From Octopus sinensis (taxonomy: Eukaryota), in the NCBI RefSeq assembly GCF_006345805.1, contig NC_043002.1, positions 47,802,001 to 47,866,000 of the forward strand: a DNA stretch of 64,000 nucleotides, read 5' to 3'. Positions within the stretch are counted from its first letter, which is position 1; every line of letters begins with the position of its first letter. A program made the position numbers and the translations under genes. Shown here one piece after another: positions 25,016-37,575 of the stretch. The notes under the pieces were generated by a model. That model made no database searches. It was not told the origin of the DNA and saw only the letters and a program-made list of their open reading frames with translations.

Positions 25016-27418
25016 TATTTTCACATGAATGTGTGTTGGGTTTGTTTCTCATTTTATGTAAGAAAAGGAAAATGATATCCTTAACTGAGCGAAGCCAAAC
25101 TGTATCTCTCTCCCTTATGCCTTATATATATATATATGGTGGAGGGCTATGTGGCTCACACACATGTAAATGAGTTCCATTGGTAAACCTGTATCCTTTA
25201 TCTTCTATACAGAAAACCTATTTAGATAAATTGCAATGTTTAAATGCATGCCAAGTGATTCCCTTGCACATACTCGCTTTATGTTGAAAGTAATGATATG
25301 GACTGCATTGAAACCATGTAATGGTAAAAACTTGTACCCTTACATCTTTAGCTTACTCTTTACAATGTTTCTTTTTTAACTTTGTTAAAATACACTCTTC
25401 ATTATTATTATGTCAGAAATGCATGTGATAATAATAACAAAAAAAATATATCATTAAGATAAAAATGTCCTACAAATCAATGTGGGTGCATCTTTGCAGT
25501 TAATCAGCTTGCTAGATAAGAAGTAGTTCAGTAAACTTCATCTCAGTTGTTAAATTACACTGTGATGATGTGAAGAGAACAGCTGAATTAATTTGTCCTG
25601 TCATCCATCTAACAAAAGATAGCAATAGTAAGTAAACAACCAGTAGTTTTCTTACATACAAAAATTTTCTAAACCTATTTATTTATGATTTTAACCAATG
25701 TTTTGAAAAAAATAAAATAGATCAACATCATCCATTTATTGTTATAAAGTGTTGCCATTCACAAAAGATTTATGCACACCACATATATTTATTTATGTAC
25801 AAGATTTATGTACACAGCATATATATACACACACACACATATATATTGTGTGTGTGTATTTTTGTCTTCTTGTCTTTATATCACATTTATTTCCAGTCAT
25901 ATGTGAAAATGTTTGGCTGGGGTGGAAATATTAACTTTCTTGGAAATAGATGAGGGTTGGCAATGAAAGGGCATCTGGCCATAAAAAATCTGTTTTAGCA
26001 AGTTCTGTTAGAGCCATATAAGTATGGAAAAATAGATGTTAAATAACACGATGATGATGATATCAACCTATCTTTCAGTGTATTTGCTTACATTATACTA
26101 ATTCAAATGTTAAATAAGGAGATGCATGGATTATAGCTTTCAAATGGTGGAGAATGAGAGATTTGTGAGTTTGAAATTGAATACTCTTTAAGCTAAGAAT
26201 AGTTAATTCACTAATGCTTTAATGCTGTTGCTCTGAGATGCAACATAGAACACTTTTATAACAAATTCAAAGCAGACAATTCATAGCTTGATACCCTAAC
26301 TAATACAGAAACTGTGTATCTGAAACTAATACTAAAGACAAGCAAATTAAGCCAAGTAGAATTAATTTTTAGAGCAAAGTAATTTAATTTAAATGCTGCA
26401 CACATTCATTTTTGAAAGAGGTCACACTTCTAAAACAGCAATAGAAAAAAATGTTGGTTATTAATTACCTCTTAGAATGTAATTTATCTGAATTAAGAAA
26501 ATGGAAATATTTTATCTTTTTGAAAAAATCCGCTACAGAAATTGCAATCACCATTATTGCAGTTCTCATAATCATCATCACTACAGCTGTTTTAATAATC
26601 ACTACTATTATTACTATCCTTATGGCTACAACAACCAATGTTTTTACAGCAAGCAATGTTGGTATTGTTGTGATTTCTATAAAAACCATAATGACAATGA
26701 GTATTCATGCTATACAATCACTTGACTTTCACAATAACCATTAATATAACTGCAATAAAGCACTAAATAAATATAGTGTGTATGAATAACTAAATAGTTT
26801 GATGAGGTTATTAGATATTTAGTTTTTACAGCCATCTGCAGTAACTGATATAATGGAATATAAAGGAGGAAATAGACACACAGAGGTCCCTATGGAAAGT
26901 TACGAGAGACACCCATTTCAAGCCTTGTACTGAAGATGACAAAAGTAGAGTTTGAGAACAACATCTAGAGTTTTGATTGATAGTTAAGAAAATAACTACA
27001 TTAGTTGCTTTGATAATAAATGCTCAAATATTATAGTTGTGTTTTGGCTGCTAGAATGATTTGAAAGTGGAGTACAGCTACAGTTAATTATTGATCATGT
27101 GAAAGCTATGATCACTAATGTTTAGACTTCATAGTAATGTAAAATTATATCATCTCCATTTTAACAAGCATGTTCTATGAATCTTTAATCAAGTATGAGC
27201 TATATGGTGTTTTTATGGCTAATATCAGAAAAAAGAAATAAAAATGGCATTATAATTTGCAAAAAAAAAAAAAAAGAGAAAATACCTTAGACTATAAAAT
27301 TTAGAATAATTTTAACACTGAATTGTTTGCTTTGAAGATATGGTGAGGTTATTAATGTGCTTCGACCTCACTACAACTATTATAAGAAATAATATGCTGT
27401 TTGTTATGGCATACTTAC

Positions 27419-27473
27419 CTGGAAAATAAATAGCATTGTAACAGAGGTCATGGTGTAAGGTAAATACCTACTG
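27419..27473 (-). CDS. Candidate 55-nt exon (SRYLPYTMTSVTMLFIFQ), or a zero-length recursive splice site at 27419
   Basis: Strong donor CAG|GTAAGT at 27413-27421, immediately preceded by a pyrimidine tract (tatttattttc). Open frame from acceptor tattctag. The acceptor is only moderate. Confidence 0.3.
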
Positions 27474-27764
27474 CTAGAATATAGGCATTATTCTAAATTT
27501 CTAATTCCATACGATCAAAGGTATAGAAATAAAAGCTGCAAAACATTGTTTGCTAGTGTAAACTAAAATATTTTACACAAATGATGGACAAGTTATGAAA
27601 GTTACAGAAAAAAAATATTTCACAACTAATGAGGAAAATTAGCTCTGATGAAATAGAGTTCAAATCATGGTAGGACAGAGTTTGGGTTATGCTTTCTCCT
27701 TAGTGAGACTACAATATCAGGATATATCAGCAAAAGGCAGGTTATAATATATAGCAATCATTAA

Positions 27765-29610
27765 CCTGAAGAAGGCCCTTGCCAGGGTACCTTTGGCATA
27801 GATGAATTGTTGGTGAGAGCCCTGCAAGTTATGTACAGAAATTCTCTTAGTAAGGTGTCAATTAGTAATGAGATCAATAAGGAATTTAATGTGCAGATAG
27901 GCATCCATCAGATCTTTGCTTTACACTCTTTCCAAGGAATTTCTGAGTCCTATTATACATGGTCTGATCAATACGTATCCAGATTGTTGCCATAGTAACA
28001 AAGCTAAAGTACACAGAGTGAAGCCATTTGTCACAAATTGACCTTAAACTCTGCACATGTGCATTTCTAGCTCACTTCTGCTTTTTTTTACAGCAGTGTT
28101 TGGAAGGAAGGTGTGTAGTGTGTGATCACTGCATTGACCATGAGAGAGAAAGTTGAACAGAGAATCTACATCAAATGTTGCCAAAAGCTTGGCGATACCT
28201 GCTCAGAGGCCTACACAAAGTTTTCGAAAAGTTTTCATTGTTCGCAACACAGTCAAGGAGATTCTGTGCAACTGAAACCCGAGTATCTTCTTGGTCAGCT
28301 GAAAACAGTTTTGACACAAAGTTGGCAGACATGCGTCTCATGCCAAAATCTTCAGTGATAATGGACTGAACTGAACTATAACTAATCTGCACATCCCCTG
28401 ATAACTCATTGATGGAGATTTGACAGTTTCCCCTCAGAATTGCATGCACATCTGCAATGTTTTTCTCAATTCTAATGGTTGCAGGTCTCCCAGAACGTTC
28501 ATCAATATCGACATATTTTTGGCCCTTTTGGAAACATCTGAAACACTTATACACTTGTGTGCAGCTCATACATTCCTTTCCATACACTTTCTGCCACTTT
28601 ATGTAGGCTTCTGAGCAGGTATTGCCAGGTCAGCTTTCTCTGTCATGGTCAATGCGATGATCACACACTACACACCTTCCTACCAAGCACTGCTGGAAGC
28701 AGCCGAAGTGAGCTAGAATGTTAAAACTTAGTGTGCCTGCACAACAGAGTTCAAAGTCAATTCTTGCCAAATTGCTTGACTCTGTATGCTTTAGCTTCGT
28801 TACTATGGCATCACTACGGATACTTATTGATCAGATCTCATAGTTTTCGTAGATGACTATCAGAATTGGAGGAGAAATTTCAAATATAGAAGCAAACATT
28901 TTTGTTAGCATAAAAATGCTTGACTTATGAAAAAGGAAGATGTTGAAATTCCATATGGTGTACCCAATCCAGTCTAACTGATCTAATGCCCAAGACGTTG
29001 ATGGTGTTTAGAAGCAGACTTCATACATATTGGATGCAAAAGAATAATTAGTTGCAAGTACATGCATGAAATAAATTCTTTGAAATATGCAGAATGCCCC
29101 CTAGAAGTAATTGATGGCTTCTGTTACCTAGCTGACCTAACTAGTAGTGAAAATGGTATTCACAGAACTTAATAACCAGAGCACGAATAGAGTGAGAAAA
29201 TTCAAGGAGCTATTACCTCCACTGGCAATAAAGGAGTCCATTCTTCAACTGAAGAGCAGATTGTAAGATACTTGGGTACAAAGTACAATGCTGCACTGGA
29301 TGTGTGAAGGCTGGAAAGAAATGAGGTGTGTATGTTCTTCTTGATGTGTTCATGAACATGAATAACATAACACAAATGAATTGAGAGGAAAACTTAGAAT
29401 AAGAGCTGCCAGATGCGTGTGTATATTGGGTAGAGAAGTGCCAAGCAAGCCAAACTGGAAACAACCTGTGAAAGAGAAAGACCAAAGAAACATGGGGAGA
29501 AGTGGTGAAATTCACAAAGATGATGATAAAGGACTGGGACACTGGTTAGACACGGTTATAGAGAAGACCCAACTAGTCAAAGCAAGCATAAACATGAACA
29601 TAATGCTGAT
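27765..29610 (+). mobile_element. Old RTE LINE remnant split by a mariner-derived insertion
   Basis: Left part LVRALQVMYRNSLSKVSISNEINKEFNVQIGIHQ matches the RT region of 33931-34185. Right part (29100-29520) matches LEVxDxFCYL...RELLP...GRPKETWGEVV. Confidence 0.75.
27958..28840. mobile_element. Mariner-derived fold-back element built from two 5' ends head-to-head (about 250-bp inverted arms), TA-flanked
   Basis: TA|CATGGTCTGATCAATACGTATCC at left and GGATACTTATTGATCAGATCTCA|TA at right. The plus strand starts MREKVEQRIYIKCCQKLGDTCSEAY. The minus strand has MTEKA..GNTCSEAY..VYGKEC..DERSGRPAT..RRMSANFVSKL. Confidence 0.88.
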
Positions 29611-32415
29611 GATGATGTATGTAAAACTGAAATGTGACACATGATTTCTAAAGCAGTAGCAAATGTAAAAATAAACTATTCCTCCAGTCAGTCGATAACT
29701 CAATATCTGCATGAACATTGTTTATGTAACTAATTTTTAATGGAAATTTGTAGCAAGAGATGTTCAGACAAAAAAATTCTGTTTCTAAAGAATTTCTACT
29801 TCTAACATAGCAAAGATAAGATTAAATGAAAGAATTTCCATGTATATTGCTAATACATGCAGTGAGTAAAGTAGTCACAGTAGAAATATATTAGTGGTTA
29901 GAAGTGCAAATGATGATGGCAATAATGATAAATACTATGAGATTTATTGTTGGAATCAATCACAAAGTAGGATGTGAATATTGGATTAGAGGTTGGAAAA
30001 GAGAAAATATAGGTAAAGAAGAAGAAGAAGGGGAGGTGGAGGAGGAGGGGGAAGAAGATGGAGGGAGAGGGCGAGGAGGTGAAGGAAGACAACTCCAAAA
30101 ATAAGTGAAACACTAGCAAAGGCAAGAGAAACAACAACGATAAGAGTGGAACAACTGATTTACAAAGAAACAAATTTTGTTTTTTGTCATACATATGTAA
30201 GAGTTCTTGAATTTGCATCAAGTACAATCTTGATTGCTCCTAGAGAAGTGACAGCATAACAGATGCATATTGATTAAATGACAAACTAGTTTTCCAGCAG
30301 AAAACCTTCCATGTTAAGTATCAGCTTGATAAATTAGAAATATTAAAATAAAAATAGACATTTTCCTTTCTTTTTTTTTCCAGTAACAAAGTTAATATTT
30401 AAATGATTTGATGTTTGGAAAGCAAAATATGATTTAAAATAATTCAAAACAAAATTTTAAAGAGAATTTATTAAACACTAAATAAATTCTATATAAATTA
30501 GTGATTGAAAAATATTAAAATTCAAGTAAACCTAATGGGTTTAGAGAGAAAATATAAACAGAACTAATTGATAGTTTAAAATAATCCTCAAAGGCTGGTA
30601 TCTGTAAAGCTTTGCCTTTGGCATTCCTTAAAATAATTCATATAACTATAAAATAGTAGTTTAATACTAAAAAGAACAATTCCTATAAAAGCAGATATAT
30701 ATAGTAATGGTTAATGGCATATCTCAAAAGCATAAAGCTTGGAATACTGGTTAACTACCATTTCAATAAACAGTAAATTTGTATGTTTACAGAATTTTTA
30801 CTATTTTTTTCATTTTAAATACTTCAGATAACTAATTAATTTGAGATACCTCAGAATAACTTAATACATACAAGTATTAAAAAATAAAAAAAAGCTTCAC
30901 TGCTGAGCTAGAAAACACAATTGGTTTAGTGTTTGTCATTAAACCTAGCTTAGTATGAATCTAATATAGTTACAGGAAGAAATATTAAGATGAACTAATT
31001 ATGGGAATTGCTGGAGACTGGAAAAGACATTTCATTCAATCATCAAATGTAAAAATTTACATATGGAAGTTTATAATTAATCAACAGGTGCTCTAAGCAT
31101 AATCCATTTCCAAGTAATTTATATTGAATTCAAATTTTTACAAATATATGACATAATTAATAATCCAAATCAAAGCTTAATTTTGCTTTATATAACTCTA
31201 ATTCCCAGAAATTATTTGCCAAAATTTTACTATCCAGTTATCCACATTAAACCAGTCCTGTTTTTCTCACATGTAAATGCTTGTGTAAAATCTGTTTTTA
31301 AATAATGTTTTATAACAATTCTTATGTTATAGGAAATTCTAAAATAACTTCCCATAAAAGCATTCACCTAAAATTAAGCCATTATGAAATATTGTATGAA
31401 TGAAGGGAAACATTGCTTCTTTATTAATTTATATCAACACAAATGTGGACAAATCTCTTCAGAAATAATACCACAACAAACTCACCTGTCTTCACTTTCA
31501 TGTTTATTGTCTGATGTCAGAGGGAATATTTTAGTAATAAAAATTCAACTGCAAACTGTCGTTATTGTAGCTGTATGCAAAAGCTATTACAATGTTTCAT
31601 TTAAAATCTTAGTTGTTTCTCACATAGTTTGCGGCAGAAAACTTTATTAACTCCATTAAAGCAACAGAACATGTCAAAACTTCTTGAGTTGTTAATGCTT
31701 CAGTATGTTTTATATCAATATCTTTGTAAATCAACACTACAGAAAAGAAAAAGAACAAGGTCATGTTGTTGAACTATTCAAGAGCTTAAATGTATCTCTG
31801 TCAGTCATTGAAACCAAGCCTTGATTGATTAAACTTTTCATTTTTCAGGGGTTAATGACATTTAGTCCTAGCTGTCTCTTGTGGATCATAGAGCTTTGAT
31901 AAATGCTTATAATTTAAGAGATTCATTTCTACTAAGTCCATATTGTTGTCGTGTGCAAAATATTCCAAGACATTTCTGTTCTAATAGTGGAATCCATCTT
32001 AATGATATTTTAAGAACATTATGTAGATCACTGAGATTATGTCCTCAGAAAAATTAGACATTGTTACATGTTCTCTAGGATAACTCTAGAACAGTTTGCT
32101 CTTCAGTAAAAGGTTTCATTTCAGATAACGTATGTTATGAGATAGCTGTGGAGCAATGCTGGTACATGTTGTGCTGATAACAGAAGACCCAATAATATCG
32201 ATGTAAAAGTTTTGATCAACATATCTATGCTCACACCTCAGACAAATTGAGACCATTCACATCAAGCTACTCAAGTAACAATCTATGTTAAGAGAAAACC
32301 TTTAGTTCCTGCACCTGTCTGAAATATTCACTAAAATCCACCAAATTACAACCTAACATCTTAAAAATCAGGACACATTGCATATTGTAGATTTAGATAC
32401 ACTATATCTGAAAAC

Positions 32416-32676
32416 GTGGAGGCATGTGGCTTAGTGGTTAGGGTGTCAGCATCATGATCGTAAGATTGTGGTTTCGATTCCTGGACCGGAAGATGCATTG
32501 CGTTCTTGAGCAAAACACTTCATTTCATGTTGCTCCAGTCCTCTCAGCTGGCAATAATGAGTAATGTTGCGATGGACTGGCATCCCATCCAGCTGGAGAA
32601 CATAAACACCATAGTAACTGGGAAACCGGACCCATGAGCCTGGCTAGGTTTTAAAAGGGCGCGTTTATTTATTATT
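32416..32676 (+). mobile_element. Full-length tRNA-derived SINE with a 13-bp target-site duplication
   Basis: TSD TATATCTGAAAAC at 32403-32415 and 32677-32689. A box TGGCTTAGTGG, B box GGTTTCGATTCC, short TTTA tail. Confidence 0.92.
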
Positions 32677-33679
32677 TATATCTGAAAACACAGAAAACAA
32701 TGGCATAGTTTTAATTCTTGATGCAACAACTTAATCAGCATTGACTTGTGGTTAAACACCATTGTCACTGACATTTTCACTGTTGCTGCAACCACTGTCA
32801 ATGACAGCAATGATGAGAACTACAACGACAATGACAATAGTAAACCTATTTAATTTTTACCGAACTTCCTTTTTTTAAGATTATTACTGAAAATAATTAA
32901 ATATCAAAATGTAAAACTAAACCTAGTGTGTGCCTATGAGGCAAAGGGCTCTTCAAAAAGAAAAAAAAATTATCAGTATCATTTCCATATTCCGTATTTC
33001 ATAATAACTAATGGATTAAATAATTTAAGGCTTTTTAAATTCATTATTGTTTATTATGGAATAAAGATACTGAGAAAGTTAATAGTCGACAATTTTAAAA
33101 ATTCATGTGAAGATAACATACCCCATTAATATTCTTATATACCTAATTATTACTAATTAGCAAATAAATCAGAGAGAAAAACTTCATTATACAGAAAGAA
33201 TATTTTTATTGAATATAAAGAAAATTCTAAAGATTGTTAAATTTTAGCAAAAATAACATTTTAAATAATGAGAAAACTGAACACTTCTATGTATATATAG
33301 TATTAATTATAAAGACCATCTGTTATAAAAACTCACATACATAATTGTTATAGAGAAAAGAAAATGATATGATTGCTATGATAAAAAAGATACTAGAGAA
33401 AAGATTAGCAACAAAATTGGTTTCCATGGAATAAAAAAATAAAATGCTATTAAAATAAAAATAATATATAAATAAAAATGTGAAAATAACTTGATGCTTC
33501 ATAAAAAATAAAGCTAAAGATTTAACTAAATTCATTGGTTGCTAATCTAAGATTTAATACCAGATATATGTTTACATTAAAGTAAAGTAATGTGCACAAG
33601 TACAGAATATATACATGCAAATATATATATATATATTACATACATGCATATATACATATATATATATTAGTTGTTAGAT

Positions 33680-35545
33680 TAGGTAATGAAGGTCACAGAG
33701 AGGGTCATAGCCCAACTAATTAGGGAGAGAGTGAGTTTAGATGAGATGCAGTTTGGGTTTGTGCCAGGGAAATGCACCACTGCTGCTATATTTCTGGTAA
33801 GACAGCTGCAGGAGAAATACCTGGCAAAAGATAAACCTCTGTACCTGGCTTTTGTTGACATAGAGAAAGCCTTTGACAGGGTCCCCTGATCCTTTATCTG
33901 GTGGTCAATGAGGAAACTAGGGATAGATGAATGGTTAGAGCTGTGCAAGACATGTACAGGGATGTTGTCAGTAAGGTGAGGGTTGGCAACGAATACAGTG
34001 AAGAATTTCAGGTGGAGGCAGGGGTTCACCAAGGTTCAGTCTTTAGCCTCCTCCTATTTATCATAGTCCTCCAGGCAATAACAGAGAAATTCAAGCCAGG
34101 ATACCCCTGGGAGCTCCTCTATGCTGACAACCTTGCTCTAATTGCTGAGTCACGGTCAGAACTAGAGGAGGAGTTTCAGATGTGAAAACAAGGATTAGAA
34201 TCGAAGGGCCTTAGAGTCAACCTAGCTAAAACCAAAGTCCTAATAAGTAGGAAGGCAGGCAAACCACAAATCCCTTCAAGTAGATGGCCCTGCCTGATGT
34301 GTAGAAAAGGCGAAGGTAGAAACTCTATAAGATGTACCCAGTGTAAGCAATGGACACATAAGAGGTGCATCAATATCAAAGGAAGGCTAACTGGGAAGAT
34401 AGTTTTTGTATGCGGTAGATGCTCAGGAGCAATAAACACTGAAAATGAGCAGAGAACAACTTCTGCCACATTCCAGGGAGAAAAACTAGAAGTAGTTGAT
34501 AGCTTCCGTTACCTAAGTGACCAAGTCAGTAGCGGGGAGGGTGCGCTGAAAGTGTAGCTGCTAGAATAAGAATAGCCTGGGCAAAGTTGAGAGAGCTCTT
34601 ACCTCTGCTGGTGATAAAGGGCCTCTCGCTCAGAGTAAAAGGTAGACTGCATGATGCATGTGTACGAACAGCCATGCTACATGGCAGTGAAACATGGGCC
34701 GTGACTGCAGAGGACATGCGTAAGCTTGCAAGGAATGAAGCCAGTATGATCCAATGGATGTGTAATGTCAGTGTGCATACTCGACAGAGTGTAAGTACCT
34801 AAGAAGCATCAGATGTGGTGTGCAAGAGAGATGACTGCACTGGTACGGTCATGTTGTGAGAATGGATGAGGATGGCTTTGTGTAAAAGTGCCACACCCTA
34901 GTGGTTGAGGGAACCTGTGGAAGAGGTAGACCCAGGAAGACCTGGGATGAAATGGTGAAGCATGACCTTTGAACATTAGGCCTCACCGAGGCAATGACCA
35001 GTGACTGAGAATTTTGGAAATATGCTGTGCTTGAGAAGAACAGGAAAACCAAGTGAGACTATAACTTTGTAGCCTAAGCCAGGAGTGTAACCAGCCCACT
35101 TATGCATACCTTCCCTTCATTGGACACTACTTGTGAACACCTGTTGAGGCAAGTGAAATCGGAATCGAAATCAAATTCGATGACTGGCATCTGTACAAGT
35201 GGAGCACTAAGAGAACCATCTGAGCATGATCGTTGCCAGAGCAGTTAACTGGCATTCGTGCTAGTGGCATGTAAAAAGCACCTTTTGGGCATGATCATTA
35301 CCAGCATCGCCTTACTGGCACTTGTGCCAGTGTACAGGTGACATGTAAAAAAAACACAATTTTCTGTCACTGTTGCCAGTACCACCTGACTGGCCCTCAT
35401 GCCATTGGAATGTAAAAGCACCCACTACACTCTCAGAGTGGTTGGTGTTTGGAAGGGCATCCAGCTGTAGAAACTCTGTCAAATCAAGATTGGAGCCTGG
35501 TGCAGCCAACTGGTTTGCCAGTCCTCAGTCAAATCGTCCATTAGA
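33680..35545 (+). mobile_element. 5'-truncated RTE LINE: RT domain, PHD-like zinc finger, C-terminal domain, 3' UTR
   Basis: QFGFVPGKCTTAAIF..LAFVDIEKAFDRV, GVHQGSV.SLLLF, PWELLYADN (YADD variant), then a C-x2-C-x10-C-x2-C-x4-H-x2-C-x14-C-x2-C pattern and SETWAVT..GRGRPRKTW. Several stops and frameshifts. Confidence 0.95.
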
Positions 35546-36221
35546 TAAAATCTATTATTAGATAAAATGATAGATTTTTCTCCAAAATTAATAAATATTA
35601 GATTTATAATTTCTCCTTTAATCCAACGTATCAAAATAATCAACACCTACTAGCTAAGTATAAAGCTGATGTATATAAGTGTAAAGGAATCTCTGTATTC
35701 TCTATAACTTTTTGGTATATAGGTGGTCATTGTGACCATCTAACATTGAGCTAGTTTTCTTGTGACCATCTAACATTGAGCTGTTCGCCAAAAAGCAGTA
35801 AACAGCACCTAGGGCATTATAACCCCCTTTCTACTTTAATTTCTTTAGGAATGACTTCTGACATTTATTTCACCCCTATTTCTATAAATCGAAAATCTCT
35901 TTTGTCTCTATTCAACTGAATATACTTCCCCACCTTCTAGCAGTTCAAAACAAAGAATATTCTTCTGTCAGAAGATAAATTCTACTACCTTAATGTTCTT
36001 AAAATTCAAATCAACATCTCTGTCTATATATCTACCCTCTCTATAATGTTGTCAATTAATATGAAAATATGTAATAATGGAAAACCTCTATAAATGGCTG
36101 ACGATTGCTCGACATTTTAAAACTGTTGTAATACTTACAATGTTTAATAAAATGATGTAGCATGAAACGATCGTACCAAATTACCGAAGATATTCTTGTT
36201 GCTTATTATGATGTATATATA

Positions 36222-36298
<77 letters not shown>

Positions 36299-36477
36299 CA
36301 TCTATATACATACATGCACACGTTACATACATATGTCTGGAAATTAAAATATATTCAGCAGATACTAATGTTTCATTCGTTTTTGGCATAATACAATTTG
36401 TAGTTGCACATATTACCTAAATACAAGCATATAGCTGTCATTCATCCTTAAGGTATACACTAAATTTAATTTAATTG

Positions 36478-36780
36478 TCAAGCACCATCCGTTCGTGTCC
36501 GCTGCCAGCCTCGCCTGGCCCCCGTGCCGGTGGCACGTGAAAGCACCATCCGTTCGTGGCCGTTTGCCAGCTCTGTCTGGCACCTGTGTAGGTGGCACGT
36601 AAAAAGCACCCACTACACTCATGGAGTGGTTGACGTTAGGAAGGGCATCCAGCCGTAGAAATACTGCCAGATCTGACTGGGCCTGATGAAGCCTTCCGGC
36701 TTCACAGACCCCAGTTGAACCGTCCAACCCATGCTAGCATGGAAAACGGACGCTAAATGATGATGATGATGATGATGATG
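36478..36780 (+). mobile_element. Young RTE 3'-UTR/tail fragment with (GAT)n tail
   Basis: Two aagcaccatccgttcgtg minisatellite units, cactacactc..gagtggttg..ggaagggcatccag, ending ccaacccatgctagcatggaaaacggacgctaaatgatgatgat. Confidence 0.88.
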
Positions 36781-37131
36781 AAGCTCCTAGATAATGAAAA
36801 TAGATCTTAAGCAGAGTTTTCAAAAATGATATAAACTAAATATGTAAACCTTAATATTCCTGGATTATGTTGTAAAAGAGAGGTCCACATCACAAAAGAA
36901 GGAGAAACTAATTGAGATACACATTGAAGATGTGTTCATATTAAAATAAAAAAAGAGTTCTGCATGAGCTGATGCAAAATGAAAATTGAAAGATAGGGTT
37001 GTGAACACATAATTGAAAGGTAATTCTACTGATGTCTAAATAAGATGAGGGAACTAATTTGTGAGCTTACAGTTTTATTTTCTTCATATACATGTATGTA
37101 TACATATAAATATATTATATCTATCTATCTA

Positions 37132-37227
<96 letters not shown>

Positions 37228-37230
<3 letters not shown>

Positions 37231-37536
37231 GTGGCACAATGGCCTAGTGGTTAGGGCAGCGGACTCACGGTCGTAGGATCGCGGTTTCGATTCCCAGACC
37301 GGGCGTTGTGAGTGTTTATAGAGTGAAAACACCTAAAAGCTCCACGAGGCTCCGGCAGGGGGTGGTGGCGATCCCTGCTGTACTCTTTCACCACAACTTT
37401 CTCTCACTCTTTCTTCTGTTGGCCTGCTCGCTTAGCTAGCGGGGTGGCGTCATTTGAAGGCTAAAACAATGCGAAGCACATTGTGACCAGCGATGTGTAA
37501 CAACATCTGATGGCCTGGTCGGTCACGGTGATCACG

Positions 37537-37540
<4 letters not shown>
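37228..37540 (+). mobile_element. Young full-length tRNA-derived SINE inserted in a (TA)n tract
   Basis: A box TGGCCTAGTGG, B box GGTTTCGATTCC, CpG-rich body, tail (CACGGTGAT)2, with (TA)n on both sides. Confidence 0.9.

Positions 37541-37575
<35 letters not shown>

Noticed and set aside
18704-25075. Many long YI/CV-rich ORFs (also at 3178-3587, 36144-37332, 56331-56836, 60300-61647)
   Set aside because: They are translations of (TA)n/(CA)n microsatellites, which lack stop codons in several frames.
26451-26744. Ile/Thr-rich ORF (similarly the Thr-rich ORF 53037-53393)
   Set aside because: Decayed trinucleotide repeats (ATT/ACT/ACA) produce these low-complexity frames.
26831-26932. Plus-strand acceptor followed by PSAVTDIMEYKGGNRHTEVPMESYERHPFQALY*
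   Set aside because: Only 33 codons, no compatible upstream exon found, within chance expectation.
31488-31572. Strong minus-strand donor CAG|GTGAGT near 31485
   Set aside because: All frames from the good upstream acceptors contain stops; only a 25-nt micro-exon is possible and it is unsupported.
32900-33560. Possible mitochondrial insertion or transmembrane exon (hydrophobic ORF 33323-33535)
   Set aside because: No recognisable mitochondrial gene motif; the F/I/L richness is explained by extreme AT content.
35731-35782. Short direct duplications (23 bp here; also about 10258-10305 and 51386-51420)
   Set aside because: Ordinary slippage-type micro-duplications with no further structure.
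37230-37305. tRNA gene (similarly 32419-32490 and 17085-17150)
   Set aside because: A and B boxes are present but the sequence continues into SINE bodies with tails or TSDs, with no proper acceptor stem; these are SINE heads.
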